A DNA stretch of 64,000 nt from Geosiphon pyriformis uo1 (taxonomy: Eukaryota; Fungi; Glomeromycota): contig JAAOMT010000276.1 in NCBI GenBank assembly GCA_016748015.1, forward strand, positions 558,001 to 622,000, read 5' to 3'. Shown here in pieces: positions 1-12,958 of the stretch. A model generated the notes under the pieces. That model saw only the letters and a program-made list of their open reading frames with translations, was not told the origin of the DNA and made no database searches. Within the stretch, counting starts at the first letter, position 1. Every line of letters begins with the position of its first letter. The position numbers were made by a program, and so were the translations under genes.

Positions 1-220
1 TATCAAATAACATAAATTTTAATTAATTAATAAAAAGTATTATGTTTTTTTATAAAAAATAGTTTTGTTAAAAATATAATTAATTGTACATAATATTGTC
101 TTAATTAGCTTAAATAATTAGTTATATATAAAAAAAACATAAACTGTATTTATTATAAAACATTAAATTTTATATTATTATATAACAGTTGAATTTTAAT
201 TTGTTAAGCATAAAAAAAAT
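1..220 (+). mobile_element. Decayed 3' end (ORF2 stop and 3'UTR) of a LINE copy running in from the left
   Basis: 'tacataatattgtcttaattagcttaaataattagttatatata...taaaaaaaat' aligns with the 3'UTRs at 46480-46620 and 42710-42840. Confidence 0.55.
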
Positions 221-480
221 ACTATTTTTTAATTAATTAATATTATTTCAATTTGTTTTTTAGACTATTGTTTTTTATTGATTATTTTTTAGTTAAATAT
301 TTTTAATTATAATTATTAATATATATTTTTATTTATATTATAATATTACAATTAAAGTAATAAATTAATAAATATTTTAGAATATTTTATTAATATATTA
401 TAATAAATAGTAAAAACTATATATATTAAATAAATAAATAAAAAGTATAAATATAAATTAACAAAAAAATAATAATTTTT

Positions 481-1295
481 TTTTTTACTTTAGTTTAACA
501 AATATGACCCAATAGCTATCTAAGTATATATAACATATACATATTACAAACTAGACACAATTTATGCACTTTTTACATGTGACCAATCACTTAAACCAGC
601 CTAGATTACACTATAAGTCCACTACTATTGATAAATTATCACCCAAATCTGAAAAGATTAAACATTTAGAATGTGAACCAGAATATACATCTTTAATTTC
701 ATCTGTACTAAGCAACACTACCACATTATTGTCTAAACCACTATTATTACTTACATCAACAGAGATCACACTACTATTGGCAAATACACATTTCATCTTT
801 TTTATATAAACTTGGTGTTCAGATCTGCTGTACTATATCATGAATTGGTATGTTGATGTCAGATCTTTAACAAAAGACACCACTTTCTTACCAGCCAGCT
901 TAAAACTACCAAAAGCATCTAAAGCTTTATGGCACCAACTAATAAGTACCAACTTCTTTACCAGATTCGAATAAAAACTAACATTATATATATTAGATAA
1001 AAGATTCTAGACAACCACAGAAGAATAAGCAATGATATTTAGTATCAACAACCACTTTTTACCAAACTCAACCAAAATCTTGTCATAAACTGTTTTATTA
1101 TAAGAACACTCAAAAACATGATCAAAAAAGTCAATCATGTCACAAAACAAATATTTAACACTCAGATAGAAACTACAATATAAACACTTCCAAACTGCTA
1201 TTAGCAAATATCTATACAATGTTTTTATAAAATAAGTACATAGAAAAGCCAACAAATAGCCTGTAGATCCAGAAGCCATGTATTCATCAAATATT
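481..1295 (-). mobile_element. 5'-truncated LINE fragment (ORF2 C-terminus, 3'UTR, A-tail)
   Basis: ORFs 1007-1279 and 611-796 match the C-terminus of the intact ORF2 (LCTYFIKTLYRYL vs LRTYVIKAVHRRL; ends SIVVDL* vs RVVIDV*). The 3'UTR and A-tail are at about 481-610. Confidence 0.85.
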
Positions 1296-1299
1296 ATTT

Positions 1300-2470
1300 A
1301 TATAATAATAAATAAATAATATTAATAATTTTGTAAAAAAATATTACTTTTATATTATAAACAAAATAATAGACTAATAAATAACAAAAAATAATTATTA
1401 AAAATAATTAAAATATAAATTTACTAATATAATTAGTTTTAAAATTACAATTATTATTCTTTTTAAAATAAAATAATAATAAACTAGTTTTTTTTTGATT
1501 TTAAAATACTGTTTTTGTTTTTGGTTTAAAGTTTCTTTAAAAAAAATTATTTAGAACAATTTTAATATGATTTTTGTTTTATTTAAAAATTTTAAAGTAT
1601 TTAATATATTGGTTTTTAGTTAATTATTATTAGTTTTAATAACAAAACAAATTACAATTTTGTATATAATTTTATTTAATTAACTTATTAGTTTATTTGA
1701 TTTTAAAAATTAAACTAATTAAATAAAAATAAATTTTTTTTTGTTTTTTGGTAATATTGTTTTTAATAATAATTAAAAAATAATTATTAATTATTAAAAT
1801 TTTTTTAGATAAATAACTTTTATTTTAATATTTAATTCTTTTTTAAAATTAAATTGGTTTATATTAAAATTGTTTTTTAATTTATATATGATTTTATTAT
1901 GTAAAATTAATTTTTAAAGATATTAAACTGTTTTATATAGAATTTATAGTTTAAATTTTTTAAATACTGTTATGTTAAATTGGTTTTATTAATTATATTT
2001 ATTGTTAAATTTATTAATTAATTTTTTAATTAAATATTTTTTGTAAAACTAAAATAAAAAAAATAATTTTAATAATTAAAAAAATATTAGTAATTTGAAC
2101 AAAAAAAGCTTAAAATATAATATAATATAAATAATAAGAAAAATATGTTTAATAAAGATTTAAATTTTTTTGTAAATAAAAAAATTTATAAGATTAATGG
2201 TTTTTTGAAAGCTTTAAACTTTTAATATTAAATTTAATATAAATAAACTATTATATAATTAATTAGATTAGTTTTTAATTATGATAATTTAATTATAATT
2301 ATATAAAATATTTATTATATATAAATTACTTTAATAAATTCAATATAATTTAGATTAAACTAATTTAAATAAATAATTATATGTAAAAATATATAAATTA
2401 TAATTATTTATAAAAGTTTAAAATTTTATGTTATAATTAATATTTTATTAAAAATATAATAAAAAAAATT
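1300..2470 (+). mobile_element. Hyper-decayed copy of ORF1-only LINE-like element (family X)
   Basis: 1700-1860 is the reverse complement of 4130-4310. 2200-2360 is the reverse complement of 2730-2880 and 23500-23640. Boundaries are approximate. Confidence 0.5.
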
Positions 2471-2644
2471 TAGCCATTTAAATTTACATTAAAATACTAT
2501 TATATTAAGTTTATTATATTTATAATTATGTTTATATTTTTGTTATTAATTTTATAATTTTATCTAATTATATTAAAATATATAAAATACATATAATTTA
2601 ATTTAATAATTTATAAATTTTATTTATTTATTTATTTTATATTA

Positions 2645-4582
2645 ATTTTTTTTATTAATTTATATATAAATTTAATTATTATTAAATATTACATATGTAT
2701 TTTTTATATATAATAAAATATAAATATAATTTAAACTAAATTATATTGAATTTAATAAAAAAATCTATTCTAAAAAAATATTTTATGTATATAAACAATT
2801 AATATACTATTATTTTTAATTATATTACATATTTATTTGTCAATTTTAACTTAATATTAAAATATTTAAAGCTTTTAAAGAGTTATTATTTAAAAAAATA
2901 TTTTTTTATTAATAATATTATTTGAATTATTTATATTATAATTTTTAATTTTATATTTTGTTTTAAATTTAATTATTTTTTACTTAATTTATCAACAATA
3001 TTTTTAAAAACAACAATATTTTTATAAACAACAAAAATTTTTTTTTAATTTTACATATAAAACAAAAAAATATTAATTGATTTTGTTATTAAAAAAATCA
3101 AAACATTAATAAGTTTAATAAATTTAATTAATAAAACCAATTTAATTAATTTAAATTTAAAAAAAAATAATTTAAAACTAATTACAAAATTAATAACAAT
3201 AACAATAATAATAATAAAAACAACAAAAAAAGCAACAACAAAAAAAGCAAAAATCTTAATATAAAATTTAATATTAGTAAAACAAACTTAAAAATATTAG
3301 AATTAACTACAAATTTAAAACTTAAAAAAAATATAAAAATATTTTATAGTTTAAAACCAAATAATTTAAATCTTAATATTTTAAACAATATTAATAATTA
3401 AAAGTTTTTTACTTAATATAACTTTTTTTAAAATATTAATTTTAATAATTATAATATTTAAATTTTTTGTATATTTTAGATATAATATTTGCATAAAGTA
3501 TTAGTTTTTACAATAACCAGATTCAAAAGTTTATGAAATTCAAATATTATAACAATAAAGCATTAATAATAATAAAAATCAGAAGAATAAAAAATAAAGC
3601 AAGTATAATTACTAATTTTAAAAATTAAATACTAATTTTAAAAACTGTACAACCAAAAAAAAAATTAATTAATTTGGTTTTATAAGTATCTCTTAAAATA
3701 ATAATTTTTTTTAACTAAGCAAAAAAAAGATTTTAATATTGTTTTATTAAATAGTATAAACCAGTTATTAAAAATAGCAACAACAAAAAAAAAGTTTTTA
3801 AAATTAAAAATAACATATTGTTACAAGCCAGCTGGCTTTAATTTAATTAAAATAATAATACCAAAAATACTAAAAGCATTTTTAATATTATTAGAGAATA
3901 TGTTAAAAAGGATATTATAAAATACAATAAAAGTAAAAAAAAAAAGCCAAAAGTTACCATATAAAATTTGGCAATCTTAAATATAATAAAAAAAAAACAC
4001 TAATAAAAACTTTAATAGCAACCAAAAATGTTTTAAAAACAAAGTCTATATAAAACAACTTAATATTGTTTTTTAAAACAAATTTAAGTTTAATAAAACC
4101 AAGCAACAAATAAAACAAAAAATTAATTAAAACCAGTTTAATCTTAAAAGTAGTATTAAAATAAAAATTATTTATTCAGAAAACTTTTAATGATTGAAAA
4201 TTGTTTTTTAAATACTATTAGAAATAATATCAAAAAACAAAAAAAAAATATTAATTTTGTTTTATTTAATTAGTTTAATTTTGAAAATTAGATAATTTAA
4301 TAAATTGTTTTATTTTTAAAACCAGTAATAATCTGTCAAAAAACATTATATTTGGTAATATAACTAATAATTAATTTTGGCTTATCTTAAAAAATATGTT
4401 ATTATTATTGTTATCTATACTAAAAAAAGAATTAATTATTATTAAAGAAATTTTATTTAAGATCTTATCTAAAATTATAAAAAAATTTAATATAACAACA
4501 GCAAATATAAGTAATTATTGCTATTTTTTAAAGTTTTTGATTTTTTTAATTATTTACAAAAAAGTAATAATAATATTAATAA
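2645..4582 (-). mobile_element. Family X element (ORF1-only, LINE-type 3' end), 3' part; continues at 22282
   Basis: The minus strand at 3740-3920 reads AFSIFGIIILIKLKPAGL*QYVIFNF..NWFILF, homologous to LINE ORF1 VFSKFGKIVSIKVQLIGLWQKALVEY..RWSVLM. A ghost CX2CX4HX4C knuckle lies at 3346-3387 and a LINE-like 3' terminus at about 2645-2750. Confidence 0.7.
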
Positions 4583-4711
4583 AATAACAAAAAAAACTTC
4601 TTTCTCTCCCTTATCTAAATTCCTCAAAGAGCAATTTTTTGAAAAAGAAGTTTTTTATTTTTATCTTCTTGGTTTTACTCTTCCACTATTTTTCAAGCTA
4701 ATAACTTTTTT

Positions 4712-6592
4712 GTGGTAAATTTGAAAGCTACTTCAAATAGCAGTATGTCTAAGAAGACTTCCAAGAGTGCTCTTTATGGTTTTATTGATGATATTTTTTC
4801 TCAAAAGAAGAAGGTTTCTGTTGGCAATATAAAACATTCTGGTAATAATAATAAAATTTCATTGGTTAAACCTGGTATTAATAAGGGCATGTATTCAGAT
4901 ATAAACAGTAAGTTCAGTAACAGTGAGGTCAATGGCTCTATAGTAGACTCGAATAGTGGTTTTTTTTTCAGCTCAGCAGTATCAACCCCCAAAGTTAAAA
5001 AACACAATAATAATTTGATTGATGATCCTTTTATTGGTATTATTGACTTTGAAATAAATAAAGAGATAGGCTTCCTCTCTCTTCTTCTCAATATTTCTCT
5101 TGACAAAAAGTAGGTCAATTTTAAGATTGTAAAAACTCAGGTTGAGGTGTCAATTAAGAAATCCTTTACTTTGAACATTAATTTCTCAGCTGTAGAAGAG
5201 AAATTAGTGACAGTGAAAACTCAATACATCAGAAAAATTTTTTTATCAGTCAATAATTTTGGGGGGGGTCACTATTCTCTCAAAATTTGAAGAGATTATC
5301 TGATCAACATTTATCTCAGAAGAAAACATGGAGAAAGCCACATTATTGGCCAAAGTAAAAGAAATCATTGTAAACAACAATCTTAAAAAACAAAAAATTC
5401 ACTCAGATTAGACTGTGGTAATCAAAAAAATTCCCATGGATATGCCTAAGAAGATGATTATTACCACAGTATTTGAGTTTGGTAATATTAAATTGATCAA
5501 AATTTAGTTGATTGGAATATAACAGAAAGCTGTGATAAAATTTGCCAAATTGGGTCAAACTGAGCAGTTAGCTTTAAAGTGATTATTTTTAATTAAAAAG
5601 AACTTCATGTATGTGATTATGGCTGTGGGAGATCATAAAACTTGGGCATTTAGGGATTAGTTTAGGGTGCTGCTATTTACTTTGTCTATGAGAACAATAG
5701 CTCATAATTTGGGTAATTATTGGATAAGACTAGTAGAAAAACCTGCATTATAAATCAATTATTGAACACTGGTAATAGGTTCTATTATGCTGTTGTTGGT
5801 TTTGAATCTAATAAGAAATTGGAGTCTGCTTTTTATACAGAGTCTATTCTGGGTGGCATTAAACTTTTTTGGACAAAATTAGATCTGGTTTGATGTAGTA
5901 AATATAAAAAATTTGGTTATTCTGTATTGAAATACAATGCAATGACTGCACACAGCCTTAAAGTCTTAAAGTTATCAAGAAAGTCTACTTCTAATAATAT
6001 TTGTCTCTAGCTGGCAAGATTGTATGCCAAGAAAAATGTTTCTATTGCTTACCCTACTGCTTTTAGTGGCAAATTATAAACTTAAATGGTTTTGGCAGTA
6101 TTAGCTTCTTATAATTTATCTGCTGATTCTGACTCTGGCTTCTTTTTAGTTGGTACTTCAGATTTTGCTGGGACCTTTTCTCTTGCTTCATTAAATAAGT
6201 CTTTTTTGGATGCTCAGTTGTCTTCTTTGGAATGCTCTTTAAAGCTTTTGGCTAATCAGGTTTTTGGCATTATTCACAAACTCAATGGTATAGAGTTGGT
6301 GCTTGTAGCTGTTTTTTCTTCCTCTTATGTTCTTGTCAGCACATTGGCCACTGATTTAAACACTGACTCTAACATAGTGCTAGATAGTTTAAAGGTTTTG
6401 TCTCCACTTCTCCTTTCTGTTATCATTGACACCTCAGTTTTAAGTCTAAGTAGTTCAAAAGTATTGACCTTCAAGGTTGGTGGCTTGAAGTTAAAGTTGA
6501 TGGCTTTTGAGATCTCTATTGATTCAGTTTTGGCAAAGTTAGATCTGTTGTATGCTGGTTCAGTTCCTTTTGCAAACTCTTCTTCTTAATAA
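4712..6592 (+). pseudogene. LINE ORF1 (gag-like nucleic-acid-binding protein), many stops
   Basis: Fragments 4712-5113 and 6086-6589 (LSSSKVLTFKVGGLKLKLMAFEISIDSVLAKLDLL) match ORF1 of the intact copy. Confidence 0.85.
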
Positions 6593-9500
6593 GTAAGTTG
6601 GTATGAAAAATAGCCACATATAATATTCAGGATGTTAATGTTCTTATAAAGCAAAAAGATGTTGTTTGATACATAAATTTGAGAAGTATGGTGTCTATTA
6701 TTACAGAAACACAATTAAGATCTAAAATTAGGCCATAGATTATGAACAAATTTGATAGTGTGTGCATTTTCATATCTGGTCTGGATAATAGATTTCTTGG
6801 AACTAAAGTGGCAATAATCATGAACAATTTTCTGGCTTGACATGTTTCTAAGGTAGAAAAGATTTCTGGTTACATTGTTTCAGTACATCTCTTTTTCAAA
6901 GACAAAGTTTTGGTTTCAATTATTGGTTTGTGTACTAGTGCTTCTTTTGGTAATTGATTTGGCCAGATGTTTGGTATTAATTCTTTCATAGCTTGGGTGG
7001 TCAATTCCAGTAGTTTTGTTGTTTTAGACAGTGATTTCAATAAGAACAGGTCTAAGAAGAGTGTGAGTTTTGGATTCTGTTTAGGTTTGGGTTTGATCAA
7101 TTCTTTTGGTAAACATTCTTTGGTTAAAGCTTCTATATAAAGCAACTCAAAGGGCATTGAAAAAGTTATTGATTACATCTTTGTTAATAAAAGCCTAATC
7201 TTTGTTGTAACTGGTCACAAGATTAAATCTGTGTCTGAATTTTTTAATATTAATCACAAAGCTGTCTCAGTTTCAGTAGACTTGGATGGTTTTTTGGATA
7301 TTCAATTGGAGAGCATATGCAAACACACTAATAAAGATTATTGGAAATTCAAGTTAAAAAACATGGATATCAATAGATAGAAACGTTTTATGGAGTGTTT
7401 TTCAGACAAATTTTTAAAAAAGTCAATTATATTTTATGCTGCAGAACACAATGGTAATTTGGATGCCATGTGAAATATTCTCAAAGGGGTAATAATTGAT
7501 TCTGCTGATGAAATTTTCTCCAAACTTTGGTTCAGTGAATTCGATTGTACAAAGAACAAGTTATCTTCAAAATTTTATAGGTTGAAGTTGTTAATGTTCA
7601 AGATTGTCAATAGTTTAAATTCAGGTCTGAGTTTGGAGACTAACTGCTTTGTTAATATTTGGACAGACATAGATGAAAAAGAAACATCCAAAGTTTATAT
7701 TATAATTGACAAAAATACTAGGATTGAGAATATTTTGTATTATATCTCAGTTGTCAAAAAAAGTTATCACAAATCCAAGTATCACGAATTTAGAGTTGTC
7801 AAAAATAATTCTATCAGGAAAGCTGTGGAAAAACACATAAAAAATTTTTGTTTAAATAAAGAGAGAATAATAAAAAACATTTTGAATCAGCCTTTCAGGA
7901 AGGTGGTTTTTGATTATTTAATTGTTGACAATAAACTTATCTTGGAGTCTCAGGCTGTTAAGTCTTTAATTAATACTATAATGGAAGATTGGATGAGAAA
8001 ATGCTTGGTTTCTAGTATTCTATCAAGTCATTGGTTTAATTAATATGCTCTCTTAAGTTATGTCAATGATAAAACATTCTTAGGGGTTATATATAATATT
8101 AGTATAGATGAACTTCTACAGGTTGTCAAGAACTTGCCAAACAAGAAGGCTGCTAAGCTTTCTGGCATTTTCAATGAACTCTGGAAACATGGCAATTCTT
8201 TAGTTCTCAATAACCTTTTGAGCATTTTCAATAAGTGTTTAAAATTTGGAGAAGTTCTTATGTAATAGAGGAAGTCCTGGGTTTTTATAATTCCTAAACC
8301 ATATAATTAGAAAAATACTCTTATCAATACTAGACTAATAGCACTGATTGAAACTGCACAAAAGATTTTGTCTAAGATTATTTTGGACAGGATCTCTCTG
8401 GTTTACAGCAGATTTGACATTTTGTGCAGTATCAATTTTTTGGTATTGAATGACACTTCTATATAATTTTCTATATTTGCTGTTAACTTAATTATCAAAA
8501 ACACTTTGAAAAAAAACAGAAAGTTATGGTTCTTTAGGATATGCACAAGGCTTATAATTTTGTCAGATGGCCTTATTTGCTCAATAGTTTAGTTAGAATC
8601 AAAATGTGTTCCTGTTTCATAAACTTTTTTGGTAATATATACAATAGTAGATTCAATCAAGTGATAATAGATTTTGGTTTGTCTGATTGTTATGTTGTGC
8701 ATAATAGTCTGGATCAAGAAAAGATATTTTTACTACTGTTATGGTAAATTTTCTATGACTCATTGCTTTTTAAGGTCAAAAAACATGAACAATTGTATGG
8801 CTACAGAATGTGTTTGAGATTTTACACTAAGTCTGGCAAGTTTGATCCAAGTAATAACAGGATTTTATTCTTTGTCACAGATATCTTTGTTGATAACACA
8901 ATTTGGATTGGAAATTGCTTAACAGCAATACAAAACATCTTAAACATAGCCAGTGAGTTTTTTTCTATTAATGAAATTTCAATAAATACTAAGAAGACTG
9001 TTGCTATTCTCATTAACCAAAGTGTCTAAAAGGCTGAACTGTTTATTAACAGATTAAGGATTTTAGAAGCTAAGAAAAGCAAGTCTCATTGTTATTTGGG
9101 AATTTTTTTGTTAACTGAGGACTTGTTCAAGCCGAGTTTAGCCAAGACACATATCAATATCAAATTCTTTTCAAATGTGGTTTTGAAGAAGGCCATCACT
9201 AAGAAGCAATTTTTGTATTTGGTTTCTGCTATTTTACAGTTTATTGTTGGTTACAGACTTCAATTTAGCTTTGTCTCTAAGAGTGTTTGTGAGAAATGAA
9301 ACAAATTATTAAGAAAAAGGCTTAAGTTTAAGGCAAATTTGCCTAGAAACTTTTCTAATATAGCACTGTATTATTCTAAGCTATATAGCTTAAAGCTTTT
9401 TGAGCAGGTGCTTATTAAAAGTTTGATAGCCAATCTGGTCAATTTTAATAATGCTGGTAGAACTCTTGACAGGTTTTTAACCACAGAGCAATAGACTTAC

Positions 9501-9690
9501 AGGTGGCCAATTGAATGCCCTAGCATCCTCTCTGTTTTTCAGTCATATTACTTATTAATTCTTTGAATTGTTTTTTAGCTGGCACTATATGTGTTCTTGC
9601 TTTGTACAACACTTTCTTGAGTAGTACTCTTCCCAATGTTTTTTAGGCTGGGATTGGTGTGTTAATTTTGGACATGTTAGGCCTAAGTGG
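6589..9690 (+). pseudogene. LINE ORF2 5' part (APE endonuclease and RT), inactivated
   Basis: Motifs ITETQL, IDYIF, DMHKAYNFVRW and IFVDNTIW are colinear with the intact ORF2. Confidence 0.9.
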
Positions 9691-10664
9691 TATTATTAGA
9701 GGTTTTTGGTCTCTTTTTTTAAATGTTGGTAATGTTGATTTGCTGTGAATTTACATTCTCAGGAAATAGTTGGGCCTCCAATAACTGAATTTATCTTCAA
9801 ATTATCTCCTATAATTTGAACTGCTGGACTTATAAGTAGAATGGCCAATTTCTTGTCAGTTACTTTATGTAGTTACATTGTAGTAAATGTCAACTCTTTC
9901 TCAGGAATTGCTTATCTGGAAGCTCACTAAAATGTGTAGTTATTTTGCTGTGAAAGTCAACTCTTCTACAAGAATCTTGTTTGTAGGCTACCCAAATGAT
10001 TATAATAAGAAAAAAAAAGAAATATAAAAAAAATATAAAAGAAATGGGATTTTATCAAGGGAAACGTTTTCTATCCAGGCCTGGAATCATTAACAGATTA
10101 CTGAAATTGGTAGCTAATCAATTTCAAAAACGTTAGTTGTGTTGAGAGAATTTCAAGTGTAATAATCAAAGGATTTGGTTTTCGAATATTTAATTTTTTT
10201 ATTTGATTTTGTAAAAAGGTGATTTGTTTTAATTAAGATATCTAAAGTAAGATACTATGGTAAGATACTATGAGAAGATATATTTTCTTGAAAAGAGAAG
10301 CTTTTTTTTTATACAACTTGTTGTAGTACTAGTCTTTGAACTTGCACTTTTCTCTTTGCTACAATTTGGATGAACTAAAGATACATTTCAGCAAACTATA
10401 AGTTATTTTACTGAACTATTGATTATTTCGGCCAATTTTTATTAATTTCGGCGAATTTTGACTATGTTAAATGGTTTAGGGTATTGTGTAATTTGATTAT
10501 CTTAATTTTTAAAGTACAAATCGAATTATTGATTAAGTAATAATATTTGATAATTTGGCTAATTAATAAGTGATAATCGAAATGATAATAATATATGCTA
10601 ATTAATAATAAGAATTATGAGGATAATTTCATGCTAATTAATAACTAAAATTCTACTGGTAACA
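9691..10664 (-). repeat. 3' LTR of Gypsy A
   Basis: Direct repeat of 19603-20565; the differences I read are almost all transitions. Confidence 0.97.
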
Positions 10665-11355
10665 TAATTTCCTCCTCAAGACTGAGCTTTGTCGAAGTCC
10701 AAGCACTATCTGTAATGTTAAAATAGTGGTCCAAGATAATTGAAGTGATCTGGTTTGAAAATTGTTGAAATTTCAGTTCTATGAGCTTTCCAATGTATTG
10801 AATCTTCATTGGATGGAATATTAAATTTTGTAGGATGTTTTCACAAATGTCGAATAAATTATAGAGTCTAGATGCTGTTCTAAGTTTGTAGTGAGTGTTT
10901 ATTGGTCCAGCTGTTGTCTTGAATTTATTGTGAATTTGTTTTTGTATAGCCTTAAGAGTAATGTTGATTGCTTCAAGTTCCAGTTTTCGTTCATAAAAGG
11001 TTTTTCCAATAAGAAAATATCTATATATAAGGGTATGTTCATTGTTCTGTTCATTAAAGAATAGTAGAAGTTTTTGTTGCATTGTGGCATTTGGTGGAAT
11101 ATTAATAGGGGCAGGTAAAAGATTTTTTTTTAGTGCTTGCTTTAAAAGTTCTGGTAATTGATTTCTAAAGTAACTTTTTGTTTTTTTTCTTCTATAGAGG
11201 TGATAATTCTGAGAATTATTTACTACTGGGGCTGTGGTTTTTTTCTGAATGTAATTAATTTGACTTCCATTAATCGTTATGGATAAGTCAGAAAGTGTTT
11301 TCAAAGCTAATATTAATTTTTGGGATATTTGTTGAATATTTCGGAGAATAATCAT
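10645..11355 (-). CDS. Extra ORF (ORF3, 236 aa) of Gypsy A in the env position, function unknown
   Basis: Uninterrupted ATG-started ORF between integrase and the 3' LTR, same sense as pol, running through the PPT. Has a basic RRKKTK patch; no obvious signal peptide or TM helix. Confidence 0.75.
   Translation of the reverse strand: MIILRNIQQISQKLILALKTLSDLSITINGSQINYIQKKTTAPVVNNSQNYHLYRRKKTKSYFRNQLPELLKQALKKNLLPAPINIPPNATMQQKLLLFFNEQNNEHTLIYRYFLIGKTFYERKLELEAINITLKAIQKQIHNKFKTTAGPINTHYKLRTASRLYNLFDICENILQNLIFHPMKIQYIGKLIELKFQQFSNQITSIILDHYFNITDSAWTSTKLSLEEEIMLPVEF
10668..10677 (-). promoter_or_regulatory. Polypurine tract
   Basis: GAGGAGGAAA lies 3 nt upstream of the 3' LTR TGTTAC on the minus strand. 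Confidence 0.85.
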
Positions 11356-11518
11356 GATAAAAATGACTAACTAATAAACAAAAATTTGAAAAAGAATAAA
11401 AAAAATTATTTTTGGGTATAGAGTTTTTATTTGTTTTTGGGTTTGAATGTTTCTTCTAATTATTTATTATTTTTGTCTTTGTGTGTTATTAAAAAGATTA
11501 TTGTAAGATTATGTTGAA

Positions 11519-12903
11519 TTAAGTGTTTAAGTTTGGTTGTTGTTCTATTATAATTATTGGTTCTAAATTTCGGAAAATGTCTTTAGAATTAACTAAAGGA
11601 AAATGTATACCAATTTGTGAAATTAATGGTTCAGAATTGTTTCTGAAGTGATAGTGTTTTAATCGATCTTCATGTACAACTTTTGCTAATATTTTGTCAT
11701 TAAGTCTTAACTTGTATAATCTATTGCCTAGAATTTTGTGAATATAAAATGGTCTATCTCATTTATGTTCAAATTTTCCACTCTATTGTTTTTCAGCTTT
11801 AGTTTTGTGTAAGAGAACTTTATTTCCAACTTTAAATTTGTTGGTAATTGGTGACAGTTTGTTGTCATGCCTTTTTTTTTGTAAGGCTTAGGAGTGTTTA
11901 ATATGAGTGGCTACTATGTATTTCTTTTCTTCCAATGTGCTAAGAAGTGTGTAGGCTCTTCTTTAGAGTGTTTCTTGGAAGTTTTTTTTATTGATTGGTT
12001 GCACTGGATATGTTTCCACTGTGAAATTAATTGGTAATATTGCTGTCCTTTCATAAGTAAGATCAAATAGTGTGTGTTTTATAGTATCTTGTTTTAGTGT
12101 TCTGTATGCCAGTAACACTGATGGAATAAAGATATCCTATTTCTGCTCAAAATCTGTTGAGACTTTGGCTAAAGATTCACACAATGTTCTGTTGAAACAT
12201 TCAACAAATCCATTTGTTTGGAGGTAATAAGGTAATAATAGAAGTCTTTTGACATTGAATTATTCACAAATTTTTTGTATCAAGTTGTTTACAAAATGTG
12301 TTTCTTGATCAGACAAAAGTTCAATTGGGCATCTATGTTTACAAATAATGTCTTCATAGATGAAATTTGCTACTAATTTTGCATCTGCTTTTAAATGGCT
12401 CTAGCTTCAGGCCATTTAGTGAGATAATCTACTGCTACTGCAATATAACAATTTTCTTGGATTGTAATAGGTAATGGTCCGACTAAATCAATTCCAACTT
12501 TGTTAAAAAATTGTCCAATTTGATTGGATTTAGAGGTTCTGTGGGACAAGTTCCTCCTTTTTTTTAACAACTATTACAAAATTCTACATATTGTCAAATG
12601 TTTTTTTACATGTGGAGCCAAAAATAATGTTCAAGTGTTCTTTGAATTGTTCTATCTCTTCTCAAGTGTACTGAAGATAGATCTGTATATATGTTGTATA
12701 GAATTGTTTTTTTTTTCATTTTTCTGTACTAATCTGAGTAGTTGGTTTAGGTTTCTACAATTTTTGTAATAGATTTTATTGTAATATATGAAATATTGTT
12801 TAGATTGGTGTTGTAATCAATGTTTTTCACTTGAAGACCAATTTTCTAGTATGGTAAGAGTCTCCAAATAGTTTTTAAGATTGTTGTAATTTTTGAGATC
12901 CAT
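11519..12903 (-). pseudogene. Gypsy integrase (HHCC, DDE, GPY/F), apparently its own ORF
   Basis: Starts MDLKNYNNLKNYL. Contains VGIDLVGPLPIT, VAVDYLTKWPEARAI, LLSDQETHF, QTNGFVECFNRTL and a decayed GPFY motif (RPFYIHKIL). Ends LEPIIIIEQQPNLNT*. Confidence 0.9.
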
Positions 12904-12958
12904 TGTTGTTTTGTTGTTTTGTTGGTGGTAGTAAGTAGTAGTGAAATTGTTGGTGGTG

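Noticed and set aside
3825-3838. Perfect palindrome AAGCCAGCTGGCTT as a binding site
   Set aside because: It is the coding remnant K-P-A-G-L of family X ORF1 and consists of mutation-resistant contexts.
10645-11355. ORF3 as a retroviral env gene
   Set aside because: It is too short, and no signal peptide or transmembrane anchor is visible.
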